This document shows, piece after piece, positions 1-8,290 of a DNA stretch of 11,731 nucleotides (positions are counted from its first letter, which is position 1; every line of letters begins with the position of its first letter). The stretch spans positions 1 to 11,731 of the forward strand of contig NW_021826904.1 of the NCBI RefSeq assembly GCF_006345805.1. The letters are read 5' to 3'. The position numbers and the translations under genes were made by a program. The notes beneath the pieces were generated by a model that was not told where the DNA came from, ran no database searches, and was given only the letters and a program-made list of their open reading frames with translations. The DNA comes from Octopus sinensis. Lineage: Eukaryota.

Positions 1-271
1 TTTTCTTTTTAATATACTTTCATTAATGTGTTATACAATGCAGTTCTGTACTGTATTTTTATTTATTATGTTGTTAATTTTTAGGCGTGAAAATGCTTAT
101 TTCACCACAGAAATAATTAAAATTTAAAAGCCTATAAATACCTATCGGCCGCAGAAACCCGCGACATAAATTAAGGAGCCCGCGATATAAATTAACATAT
201 ATTAGCCAGAAAAGGCCGCGATGTACTGAGGGCGCGATAAGTGAACCGCGATATGGCGAGTGATTACTGTA
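1..271. mobile_element. Terminal fragment of a Tc1/mariner-superfamily (pogo/Tigger-like) DNA transposon or MITE, running off the left edge of the window
   Basis: The reverse complement of 213-271 reads TA-CAGTAATCACTCGCCATATCGCGGTTCACTTATCGCGCCCTCAGTACATCGCGGCC: a CAGT-start TIR ending at 269 with a TA at 270-271 (TA target site). CGCGA(T/C) recurs at 160, 181, 217, 233 and 247. The other TIR is not in the window. Confidence 0.7.
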
Positions 272-303
272 TACACATACGCACGCGCGCGCACACACAT
301 TCA

Positions 304-534
304 TGTGTGTGTGTCTTTGAGATTATTTGTCCCCCTCCCCCTAACATCACTTGACATCCAACGTTGGGGTGTTTACGTCCCCGTAACCTGGTAATACGGC
401 AAAAGAAGCCGATAAAATAAGTAATAGGCTTACAAAGACTAAATCATGCGGTCTATTGCTTCGACTAAAACCATTAAAGGAGGTGTTCCAGCATGGCCGC
501 AGCCAAATGATTGAAACAAGTAAACGAATAAAAG
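304..534 (+). mobile_element. SINE family 1, 3' half only (after the internal TG tract)
   Basis: Aligns by eye with 1242-1446 and with the reverse complement of 2013-2212. Shared blocks: TTTACGTCCCCGTAAC, CGGCAAAAGAA-CCGAT, AAGG(A/C)GGTG--CCAGCATGGCCGCAG, AATGA(T/C)TGAAACAAGTAAA. Confidence 0.85.
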
Positions 535-540
535 AAGATA

Positions 541-567
541 TGTATTATATATATATATACATATATA

Positions 568-621
<54 letters not shown>

Positions 622-684
622 ATATATAATATATATATACATATACAGTATATATATATGTATATACATATATATACATATTTT

Positions 685-723
<39 letters not shown>

Positions 724-749
724 AAAATATATAATACCACACAAATACT

Positions 750-781
<32 letters not shown>

Positions 782-823
782 CATACATATTATATACATA
801 CGGACACACACACACATTTATAT
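541..823. repeat. Degenerate (TA)n (541-720) followed by mixed (CA)n/(TA)n
   Basis: Directly visible; it sits against the SINE 3' end. Confidence 0.95.
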
Positions 824-886
824 ATGTGCACAACTTAAAAGTTAATTAAAGATAGGAAGAAAATAGTGAAAATATAAATAAAAAGA

Positions 887-1446
887 GCAGGTGTAGCCGT
901 GTGGGTTAAGAGGTTGTGGCTTTTTACATGCTTGTGGGTTCAGTCCCACTGCGTGGCGCCTTCAGCTAGAATCTTCTGCTGTAATCATGGACCTACGAAA
1001 GCCTTGTGAATGATGTTCGTTTAACGGAATCTGAGCGGAAGCACGTTGTTAGTTTTGTTTTGTGTGTGTGTGTGTGTGTATGTGTGTGTGTGTGTGTATG
1101 TGTGTGTGTGTGTGTATGTGTGTGTGTGTATGTGTGTGTGTGTGCATGCGTACTTACGAGTATGTGTGTGTATGTCTATCTGTCTGTGTGTGCGTGTGTG
1201 TTTGTATCTGTGTGTATCTACCGTTGCATTTGTGCTGCGTTTGTCCTCCCTTCCCGCACTGCTTGCTAGCCGGTGTTAGTCTCTTTACGCCCCTGTAACT
1301 CAGCGGTTCGTCAAAAGAACCGATTAGATTAAATACCAGACAAATCCTAATAACAATGGTGTCGATATCATCGACGAAACCACCACTTCAAGGCGGTGTC
1401 CCGCCATGGCTGCTTTCCAATGATTGACACAAGTCAAACGTAAAAG
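887..1446 (+). mobile_element. SINE family 1, near full-length: tRNA-like head, CORE-like block, internal (TG)n, 3' body
   Basis: A-box-like TAGCCGTGTGG at ~894-904; B-box-like GGTTCAGTCCC at 937-947; then ACTGCGTGGCGCCTT (eroded CORE-like block, from recall); (TG)n at 1061-1216; 3' half at 1242-1446 matching the other two copies. Confidence 0.85.
1061..1216. repeat. (TG)n microsatellite internal to the SINE, with a TA interruption about every 18 nt
   Basis: Directly visible. Confidence 0.95.
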
Positions 1447-1581
1447 GTGTGAATAAAATAAATACTAATTTTCTTTGGCGGAAATTGCTTCCATTTGGTT
1501 GTCAGACATTTTCGTTTCATTCTATTCGGTACTCCTTTGTCATATGCCTGGAAAGTGGTGAAATTTATTAAAATTTCAAAA

Positions 1582-1623
1582 GCGACAAACGAGAGTTATA
1601 AAGAAAAGCGGGAGTTGTAGAGA

Positions 1624-1700
<77 letters not shown>

Positions 1701-1878
1701 GGAGAAAAGCGAGAGTTTCAGAGAAAAGCGAGAGTCGCAGAGAAAAACGAGAGTTGTAGAGAAAAACGAGAGTTGTAGAGAAAAACGAGAGTTGCGGAGA
1801 AAAACGAGAGTTGCAGAGAAAAACGAGAGTTGCAGAGAAAAACGAGAGTTGTAGATAAAAGCCAGAGTTGCTGAGAAA
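1582..1878 (+). repeat. 19-bp minisatellite (consensus GAGAAAA(A/G)CGAGAGTTG(C/T)A), about 12 units, one unit containing a (GA)n expansion at 1620-1696
   Basis: Units start at 1582, 1601, 1620 (expanded), 1702, 1721, 1740, 1759, 1778, 1797, 1816, 1835 and 1854, with no spacers. Confidence 0.92.
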
Positions 1879-2012
1879 TAATTAGAGCCTCAAAATATTA
1901 AAAAAAATATAAAGCACTACGATAAAAGTATCAGCCATATTAATTGAAATTCGAACAGATTATTGTAAATGGAAGAAAGTAAAGGAATTTATTTGAGAAC
2001 CGAATATTTTAT

Positions 2013-2212
2013 CTTTTCTTCTTTTACTTGTTTCAGTCATTAGACTACGGCCATGCTGTAGCACCGCCTTGAATTTTTAGTCGGAAGAGTCGAGCCAAGC
2101 ATTTATATTTTTTAAAAACCCGATACTTATTCTATCGATTTCTTTTGCCGAACCGCTTTCTTTCGGGGACGTAAAAGCATAAACACCGGTTCACAAGCGT
2201 TGGTGGGGGACA
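2013..2212 (-). mobile_element. SINE family 1, 3' half, inverted orientation
   Basis: The reverse complement gives TGTCCCCC...TTTACGTCCCCG...GCGGTTCGGCAAAAGAAATCGATAGAATAAGTA...TTCAAGGCGGTGCTACAGCATGGCCGTAGTCTAATGACTGAAACAAGTAAAAG, matching 328-534 and 1242-1446. Confidence 0.88.
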
Positions 2213-2269
2213 CTCCGCCTCCACTCCACCTTTCTCCACATTCTTCTGTTTCTCATTATCGTCCTTTCA

Positions 2270-2498
2270 TCTTCCTTTTCCTCCTCCTCTTCCCCCTCCC
2301 TCTCTTCATCAGCATAATCGTCATCATCATCATCATCGTCGTCGTTGTCGTCGTCATCATCATCATCTTTGTCATTGTCATCATGATCATCATGATCATG
2401 ATCATCATCATCATCATCATCTTCACCCTCAGTTCCACCACCACCATCACAACCAGCACGTGCAACACCACTATTGCCACCACCACCACTACCCCCCA

Positions 2499-2531
<33 letters not shown>

Positions 2532-2572
2532 CATCACTATCACAATAACAACAGCAACAGCAACAACATCAG
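2270..2572. repeat. Compound trinucleotide array: (CCT) to (CAT/CGT) to (CAC) to (ACT) to (CAA/CAG)
   Basis: Directly visible; it is the source of the homopolymer-rich ORFs at 2191-2586. Confidence 0.92.
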
Positions 2573-2579
2573 CTGGGTT

Positions 2580-2805
2580 GCATTAACCTGGGATTCTCTT
2601 CAAAATCATTCGATATCCTAGAAATAGCAGGCAAATCTCCTCTAAACAACGCGCCATTGTCTTTAAAAAGTAAGAATACATTGGATACTGTTGTTCTAGG
2701 TAGACTGTGCCTGCAAAAATACAGAATAAGATAGACGAGATGCTCACGGCTGGAATGCCTTTGATCATAGGCCTGCTTGACTAGAGCTGACCTGATTTAA
2801 ACAAT
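2580..2805. mobile_element. Unclassified interspersed-repeat fragment between two trinucleotide arrays
   Basis: 2734-2758 (GACGAGATGCTCACGGCTGGAATGC) matches 7213-7237 (GATGAGATGGTCACGACTGGAATGC) at 22/25. It resembles a high-copy octopus repeat from recall; family not assigned. Confidence 0.4.
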
Positions 2806-2939
2806 CATAATGGTATAACTACTATCATCATCAGCGCCACCACCACCACCATCACCATCATCATCATCATCATCGTCGTCATCGTTATCCTCCTCATCAT
2901 CATCCCCCCCCCCCCGGCGCAACCACCAAATCCATCATC

Positions 2940-2977
<38 letters not shown>

Positions 2978-3003
2978 ACAACAACAAGAACAACAATAAC
3001 ATT
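2806..3003. repeat. Compound trinucleotide array (CAT/CAC/CAA)
   Basis: Directly visible. Confidence 0.92.
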
Positions 3004-3254
3004 GCAGAAGGTGTGAGACGAAGAATAAGAACAGGATGTAGTTGACCCCCACCCCACGCCACCCCTTAGAAAGTCACGTGTTACCACTAACTATCCCATG
3101 ATGACATTCTTCTCGCCGCTGTCATCCATTGGCCGACAAATGACAGTTCATTCTGCCATGCTTTATTATTTATTGATGGAGGACTTCGTAAAATTTTGTC
3201 CACTAATAAACATCCATTTTTCTGTCAAGTTGTTCACTTGCCACTCTGGCTGCG

Positions 3255-3355
3255 GCTCCGCCTGTCTGTTTGTCGGTCTGTCTCTGTGTCTGTTTGTCTG
3301 GCACTCTGTCTGTCTGTTTGTCGTTCTCTGCCTGTCGCTTTGTCAGTCTGTCAGC
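3255..3355. repeat. Degenerate (TCTG)n-like tract
   Basis: Repeated CTGTCTGTTTGTC-type motifs. Confidence 0.75.
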
Positions 3356-3486
3356 TAGTTTCTTCGCTCATGTGTTAACGGGTCTGCAGAAAATGTCGGC
3401 TTCTTCTCCCTACATGCCATTCCTGTCGTAGCGTATTTGCTTTATTTCATTGTCTGTTTGTCGCATTGGCATGCATATACGATCGG

Positions 3487-3729
3487 TGTGTGTGTGTGTG
3501 TGTTGTGTGTGTGTGTGTGTGATTGTGTGCGTATGTGTGTGTATGTATATATGTATGTATGTGTATATATGTTTCTATATATATATATATGTTTATTATG
3601 TATATTATGTTTATCATGTATATATATATGTGTGTATATATATATACATGCATATATACATAATATACATATACATGTATGTAGGTGTGTCTATATATAC
3701 ACATATACGTATTGTGTATGAATATATAC

Positions 3730-3763
<34 letters not shown>

Positions 3764-3889
3764 GTAATATGTATATATGTATATATGTGTATGATATATA
3801 TATATATCTATATATATATATTATATATAGATATATATATATATTATATATATATATATATATGTATATATGTTATATATGTATATGTA

Positions 3890-3958
<69 letters not shown>

Positions 3959-3970
3959 CTATATATATAT
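3487..3970. repeat. (TG)n grading into a long degenerate (TA)n
   Basis: Directly visible. Confidence 0.95.
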
Positions 3971-4387
3971 TAGGTTTTTTTTGATTTTTTGAAAGCAAAA
4001 CAATCCTGTATCAAAAGTCAATAAACAATTTCATATAGTTAGGGAAAAATAATCTTTATTTAAATTGTTTTAAAAACGTCACCTCCAACTGAAGAATTAC
4101 AACACTACTTTTAACACAAAACATGCAAAATTCTAGGGGGTTCATAATGCCTACTGAAGTTTTCTTTCGAAACCTTGTGTGCTGACTTGATGCAATGCAG
4201 AAGCAGTATATCTCAAAGTTCAGCTTTTAAGTTTAAGTACTTTAGGAGTTTTTAATTTATTACCACCTAGGCCCTACTTTAGGAAATGTTATCTTCCTCT
4301 CCTTTTTATTTCTGTGGCGCCAAAAACTCTGACTATATTAACTGCTTTTCAGAATAGTAGGCTTATCCAAGTAGAGTATCTAAAATA
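3971..4387 (+). mobile_element. Probable 5' non-coding end of the same hAT-like element
   Basis: AT-rich non-microsatellite DNA directly upstream of the ATG, starting TAGGTTTTTTTTGATTTTTTGAAA at the microsatellite edge. TAGG starts are typical of some hAT ends, but no partner TIR is present. Confidence 0.35.
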
Positions 4388-5520
4388 ATGTGTCATAAGA
4401 GAAGTACTTGTGTCACTCAAAGAAACTAAAAAATCTGGACGAAGAATCTCGGGCAATTTCAAGACTCACATAGGAAAAGAAGACCTGTTCCTCTAGAAGA
4501 GCATTCTTTGAGAAACAACTCCAGGATACAAATGAGACTTCAAATTGTCGGTCACTACCTGTTCCTTGGAGGCATCATCAAAGGATGGAAAGAAAGAACA
4601 AAGGAAATTTCGAAAGAAGTAACTTTTTATGGCAAAAGAAATTAAACTTCCTGTGTTTATCAATTCAAAATGTAAAGCAAAAGTAAAAAAAAACGTGCTG
4701 AATGCCTACGATAAATGTGTAAAACGAAGAAAATACGATTCATTGAAAGGAATTTTTGACATCACAAAGGAAAACGGTAAACGGCTGTGCAGTGAGGATA
4801 GAAGGTTATATAATCTTCAAATTGAAAGCAAGGGACATGTTGGGTACGAAACTGGAAAGGCAGCCAGTTCCAAAACTTCCATCCAAAAGAAGAAAAGTGT
4901 CCTTAATGCCTACTATAATAAGAGCAACTCCTGTGTTATCCTCAAGAGTCCGAAAAATCAGATGAACACCAAAAGTCCGAAATATCAGATGAAGAATCCA
5001 CAAAAACAAGGAGGAAATATAGCAAAACTAGAACTGCAGACAATTTAGTAATATCTTCCAAGCCATCATCCCAAAAAGCAGCAATGGTTTGTCGACAATT
5101 ATCTGAACATGTAATCAATGACAAGATTCGTTCCCAATCTGGAATTTACAGATTGACTATTAATGAAGAAAATGAAGAAAACACTACATTTAGAAAACTG
5201 GTCATTGCATTTTGATGGTAAACGTATTGATGACCAAGAATATCAAGTGCTAGTTTTAAAGAATTAACAGCGAGAAGTTAAATTAGAAGCACCCCAATTT
5301 CCAAAGGGAAAGGCCGAGACTGTTGTGAAAGGAATAACAACTGTTTTAGATGTATACAATTTATAGAACTGTGTAAAGATGGCTATCCCTGATACAAAGA
5401 GTGTGAACACTGGGAAAAGAAATGGCATTGTCATTCAGTTGAATAAGATTCGGGTTAAAACTTTGTACTATGCTATGCAAAGCTCCACCACAGTTTAAGG
5501 GTGCCTTATGTCATATATAA
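4388..5520 (+). pseudogene. Frameshifted, 3'-truncated DNA transposase, hAT superfamily (hATm-like, tentative)
   Basis: Manual stitching across frames gives: M4388...LQIVGHYLFL...WKERTKEISKEV / WQKKLNF / VLNAYDKC...IFDITKENG.RLCSEDRRLYNLQ / PSKRRKV / ESEKSDE...KAAMVCRQLSE / ENWSLHFDGK (D at 5214)...LKN*QREVKLE...KAETVVKGITTVLDVYNL*NCVKMAIPDTKSVNTGKRNGIVIQL (D at 5391). HFDGK and DTxSxNTG resemble the first two catalytic-Asp motifs of this group. Stops at 4427, 5265 and 5364 plus several frameshifts. Confidence 0.75.
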
Positions 5521-5524
5521 CTGG

Positions 5525-5882
5525 ACGATAGAAAATTGAATTAGCGACATTCTTAAAATCGCAACAATTGTTTCAACATATTTTACAACTTTAGTAATTT
5601 TAATGACGTGTCGAGTAATCATTATTATACAGTCAGAGCAAAAAAGGCGCCTCTTCAGTTGATTGCTTGAATAAGCAGGGTATGCATCATCACACTGAGT
5701 GAAATAACCACATGATCTAACGGAGGACTTATTTAAGTAATCACTCGAAGAGGTTCATGTTGCACGTTTGATGTATGATAATGATTACACTACACCTCAC
5801 TAATGTGCTTCAAGTGTAAAATGTGTCGAAACAATTGTAAAGGTTTTATACACAGAATGTCGTTCATTCCATTTTCTATCGT
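5525..5882. mobile_element. Foldback/MITE-like element: about 150-bp inverted arms (5525-5675 and 5728-5882) with a 52-bp loop
   Basis: Left arm versus reverse complement of right arm: ungapped blocks match 26/29 (5525-5553 with 5854-5882), 22/24 (5564-5587 with 5815-5838), 27/32 and 21/26. No clear TSD. Confidence 0.8.
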
Positions 5883-5892
5883 TTACAAATTT

Positions 5893-5947
5893 ATGTATGT
5901 ATATATATAATATATAATATATATATATATACGCACATATATATATG

Positions 5948-5979
<32 letters not shown>

Positions 5980-6026
5980 ATATGTATGATATATACATAT
6001 ATATAAATATATATATATGTCTACAT

Positions 6027-6063
<37 letters not shown>

Positions 6064-6310
6064 AATATATATATATATGTATATGTATATATACGTGTGT
6101 GTATGCGTGTGTAGCGTGTGTGTATGTATGTGTCTATATATCTATCTATAATGTATGCATATGACTGTGTGCCTGTGAATATGTGTGTATTCATATACAC
6201 ACACATATATATACACATGTATTTATACATATATATGTGTATGTATATATATAGATATATAGATATATATGTGCCTCTGTATGTGTGTGTCTGCGTGCGT
6301 GTGTGTGTGA
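5893..6310. repeat. Degenerate (TA)n/(TG)n compound microsatellite
   Basis: Directly visible. Confidence 0.95.
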
Positions 6311-6570
6311 ATCTAGATATAAATTTCAATGCAATGAGAAACATCACAATCAGTTTCAGTGAATAACAAAATTTCTAATTATAATTATTGGAGACATTAA
6401 TTAATTAATGTTTATCCTCATCAGAGACAGGAAATGAAATAGTTATCATGTGTGCACTATTTATAGATATCTAGGACATGAATTTCATAAGAAATCATTA
6501 ACTGCGCCGTATACAGCGACGTCTGAAACGATGATTTTCATACTCATTCTTAATATCTCGTCAGTTTCGA

Positions 6571-6586
6571 ATGCAAATATGCAAAT
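6571..6586 (+). promoter_or_regulatory. Tandem perfect octamer motifs ATGCAAAT-ATGCAAAT (possible POU-factor site)
   Basis: Exact sequence at 6571-6578 and 6579-6586; function is unsupported. Confidence 0.2.
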
Positions 6587-7381
6587 AGCTGCTGTATTGG
6601 GCACAGAGGGATATCTTTTCCTTTATGCCAATCCTGTGTCCATAGTATAATCGAATCGTTAGTGCAAATGATTTTATATCACCGGCGTTTCTTCATATTG
6701 CATTTCGTCACCCACAAGTATCCAGATCAATGAGTCTATCAGGAGTCGATGGTCTTGTATATAATTTCAGCGATTCGGTGACTCCTGCTTATATCTACCA
6801 ACCAATGAAGAAATCGCCGTATGCGCAGTAAACAGACAGAATCAATCGACCGCATGCATATTTATACTGGATATGTCCCGCCAGATCCGAGCACAAATAT
6901 AGCTATTGTTGTGTTCAACGAAGGAGAGAAACTCCTTTTCACGAGGAAAATGTCTTTATAACAGTCTCGAATCATCTATACAAGGGATTCTCGGACACCG
7001 TTGTTTCAATATTTTGTGACTCGTCAGTGATAATCACCCGGACCAATGAATCTAACAAAATCTTATGAATTGTGTAAACACAAATAATAATTTTTCGAGT
7101 GGCGAACGAAATATAATCGTCTGACAGAAAACTTGATTAAATGTATTTTAAGCTTTTCTTCGTAATTAATTACTGATAATGATTAGAATTACAAAGTACA
7201 ACTTTTGAAACGGATGAGATGGTCACGACTGGAATGCTCTGAAGGTAAATCACTTGTCAAGGCACACTCAACGCCCTAGGGTAAGTGAATGTTAAGAGAT
7301 GCTACAGTTTAACTGAAATCTTGGGTAGGGGAAGTGATGAGGGCAGTAGCGAACTTCCACCATATAATACAACACAGACAA

Positions 7382-7599
7382 TTAAATTGATAGGGTTCTT
7401 TTTAAAGGACGTTGGCAGTACTTAGCAGCAGAATCTTTGGGATTTCTTTGAGACATGTTTCTCCTTGGATGGGTCTAGATGTTTCTCAAATTCCATTTTT
7501 ACCACACCCAGGGCATCTAAAACAACAAGAACTGTTTTTGCTTTAGAATACCACATCTTTTATATTTCAATTGCCAAATCCTGATATTTACTTAGATTT
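7382..7599 (-). mobile_element. 5'-truncated non-LTR retrotransposon 3' end with an RLE-domain C-terminus (Dong/R4-like), copy 1
   Basis: Minus-strand translation: LSKYQDLAIEI*KMWYSKAKTVLVVLDALGVVKMEFEKHLD / IQGETCLKEIPKILLLSTANVL / RTLSI* (stop at 7382-7384). It parallels the ORF at 9174-9425. The 3' UTR may extend to about 7250. Confidence 0.8.
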
Positions 7600-7815
7600 G
7601 CGGCCAGCTGGCAGAATCGTTATCCGGTCGGACAATGTTTTGCGGCATTTCCTCCAACTCTTCACATTCTTAGTTCAATTTCTGCCGATGTTGACTTTGT
7701 CTTTCATCCTTTCGATGTCGATAAATCATGTAACAGGGGAGGCGATGTAATTGATTTCTCCTGCCCTTGAAAATTGCTGGCCTTCTGCAGAAATATAAAA
7801 CCAATATTGTATCAG
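7600..7815 (+). mobile_element. SINE family 2 (tRNA head plus Meta-like central domain), copy A
   Basis: GCTGGCAGAATCGTTA head; B-box-like AGTTCAATTTCT; TGCCGATGTTGACTTTGTCTTTCATCCTTTCGATGTCGATAAAT matches 8031-8290 and 8948-9088. Confidence 0.85.
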
Positions 7816-7852
7816 TTATTATTATTATTATTATTATTATTATCATTATTAT
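7816..7852. repeat. (TTA)n
   Basis: Directly visible. Confidence 0.97.
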
Positions 7853-7954
7853 AACGTGCTTTCACTTCACTACCAAGCGCAACTCTGTGTGCCTTGGGTA
7901 TGTGTTGTGATTTGTTGTGATGCTCTGATGGTTACTGTATTGATAGTGTTTTGC

Positions 7955-7957
<3 letters not shown>
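7850..7957 (-). mobile_element. Very short (about 105-bp) RLE-type LINE 3' end, copy 2, flanked by (TAA)n on both sides
   Basis: The minus strand reads CGC AAA ACA CTA TCA ATA CAG TAA (RKTLSIQ*, stop at 7932-7934), equivalent to RTLSI* and RKILSM* in the other copies. A short UTR and the (TAA)n follow. Confidence 0.6.
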
Positions 7958-8012
<55 letters not shown>

Positions 8013-8028
8013 CATCATCATCACCATC
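7958..8028. repeat. (TTA)n (7958-8011) grading into (TCA)n
   Basis: Directly visible. Confidence 0.97.
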
Positions 8029-8030
8029 AA

Positions 8031-8290
8031 GGTGTTGAGCTGGCAGAATCATTAGCATGCTGGACGAAATGCTTAGTGGTGTTTCGTCTGTTGCTACATT
8101 CTGAGTTCATATTCCACCGAGGTCGACTTTGCCTTTCAGGGTCAATAAATTAAGTACTAGTTGAGTACTGGGGTCAGTCTAATAGACTGTCCCCTTCCCC
8201 AAAATTTCAGTCAAGTACTGGGGTCGACTTACCTCCTTCCTCCAAATCTCAGGCCTTGTACCTATAGTAGAAAGGGTTAATGTTATTATT
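8031..8290 (+). mobile_element. SINE family 2, copy B (full-length, with internal deletion and duplication)
   Basis: GAGCTGGCAGAATCATTAGC head; GAGTTCATATTCC B-box at 8103-8115; GAGGTCGACTTTGCCTTTCA; 3' end GGCCTTGTACCTATAGTAGAAAGG plus TTATTATT. Confidence 0.88.

Noticed and set aside
887-950. tRNA-like A and B boxes as a tRNA gene (also 7600-7685 and 8031-8115)
   Set aside because: No complete cloverleaf is evident, and each runs into SINE body sequence, so these are tRNA-derived SINE heads.
439-1298. ORFs rich in YI/CV/HT dipeptides (439-849, 1006-1298; likewise 3437-3984, 5982-6366, 10447-11721)
   Set aside because: They are translations of (TA)n, (TG)n, (TACA)n and (TCTA)n, which lack stops in some frames; no domain content.
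1582-1878. Regular 19-bp repeats as a CRISPR array
   Set aside because: Units are head-to-tail with no unique spacers, there are no cas genes and the context is eukaryotic.
2191-3062. Poly-Asp/Thr/Met/Ile ORFs as low-complexity proteins
   Set aside because: They are open in several frames on both strands because trinucleotide arrays lack stops; there is no splice or homology support.
3047-3067. C-rich runs (CCCCCACCCCACGCCACCCC; also C11 near 2905) as a minus-strand G4
   Set aside because: Short low-complexity tract with no supporting context.
4692-4922. Apparent VLNAY peptide duplication (about 4694 and 4897)
   Set aside because: Only about 10 nt (AATGCCTAC) are shared, and the second occurrence is off the likely true frame (PSKRRKVSLMPT).
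4629-5048. The 139-aa ORF as an intact gene
   Set aside because: Only about 4680-4875 appears to be in the transposase frame; flanking transposase-like segments lie in other frames, so this is a chance-open piece of a pseudogene.
5496-5510. TAAGGGTGCC as a transposon terminal repeat
   Set aside because: No partner was found; it fits better as eroded G-C codons of the transposase CxxH region.
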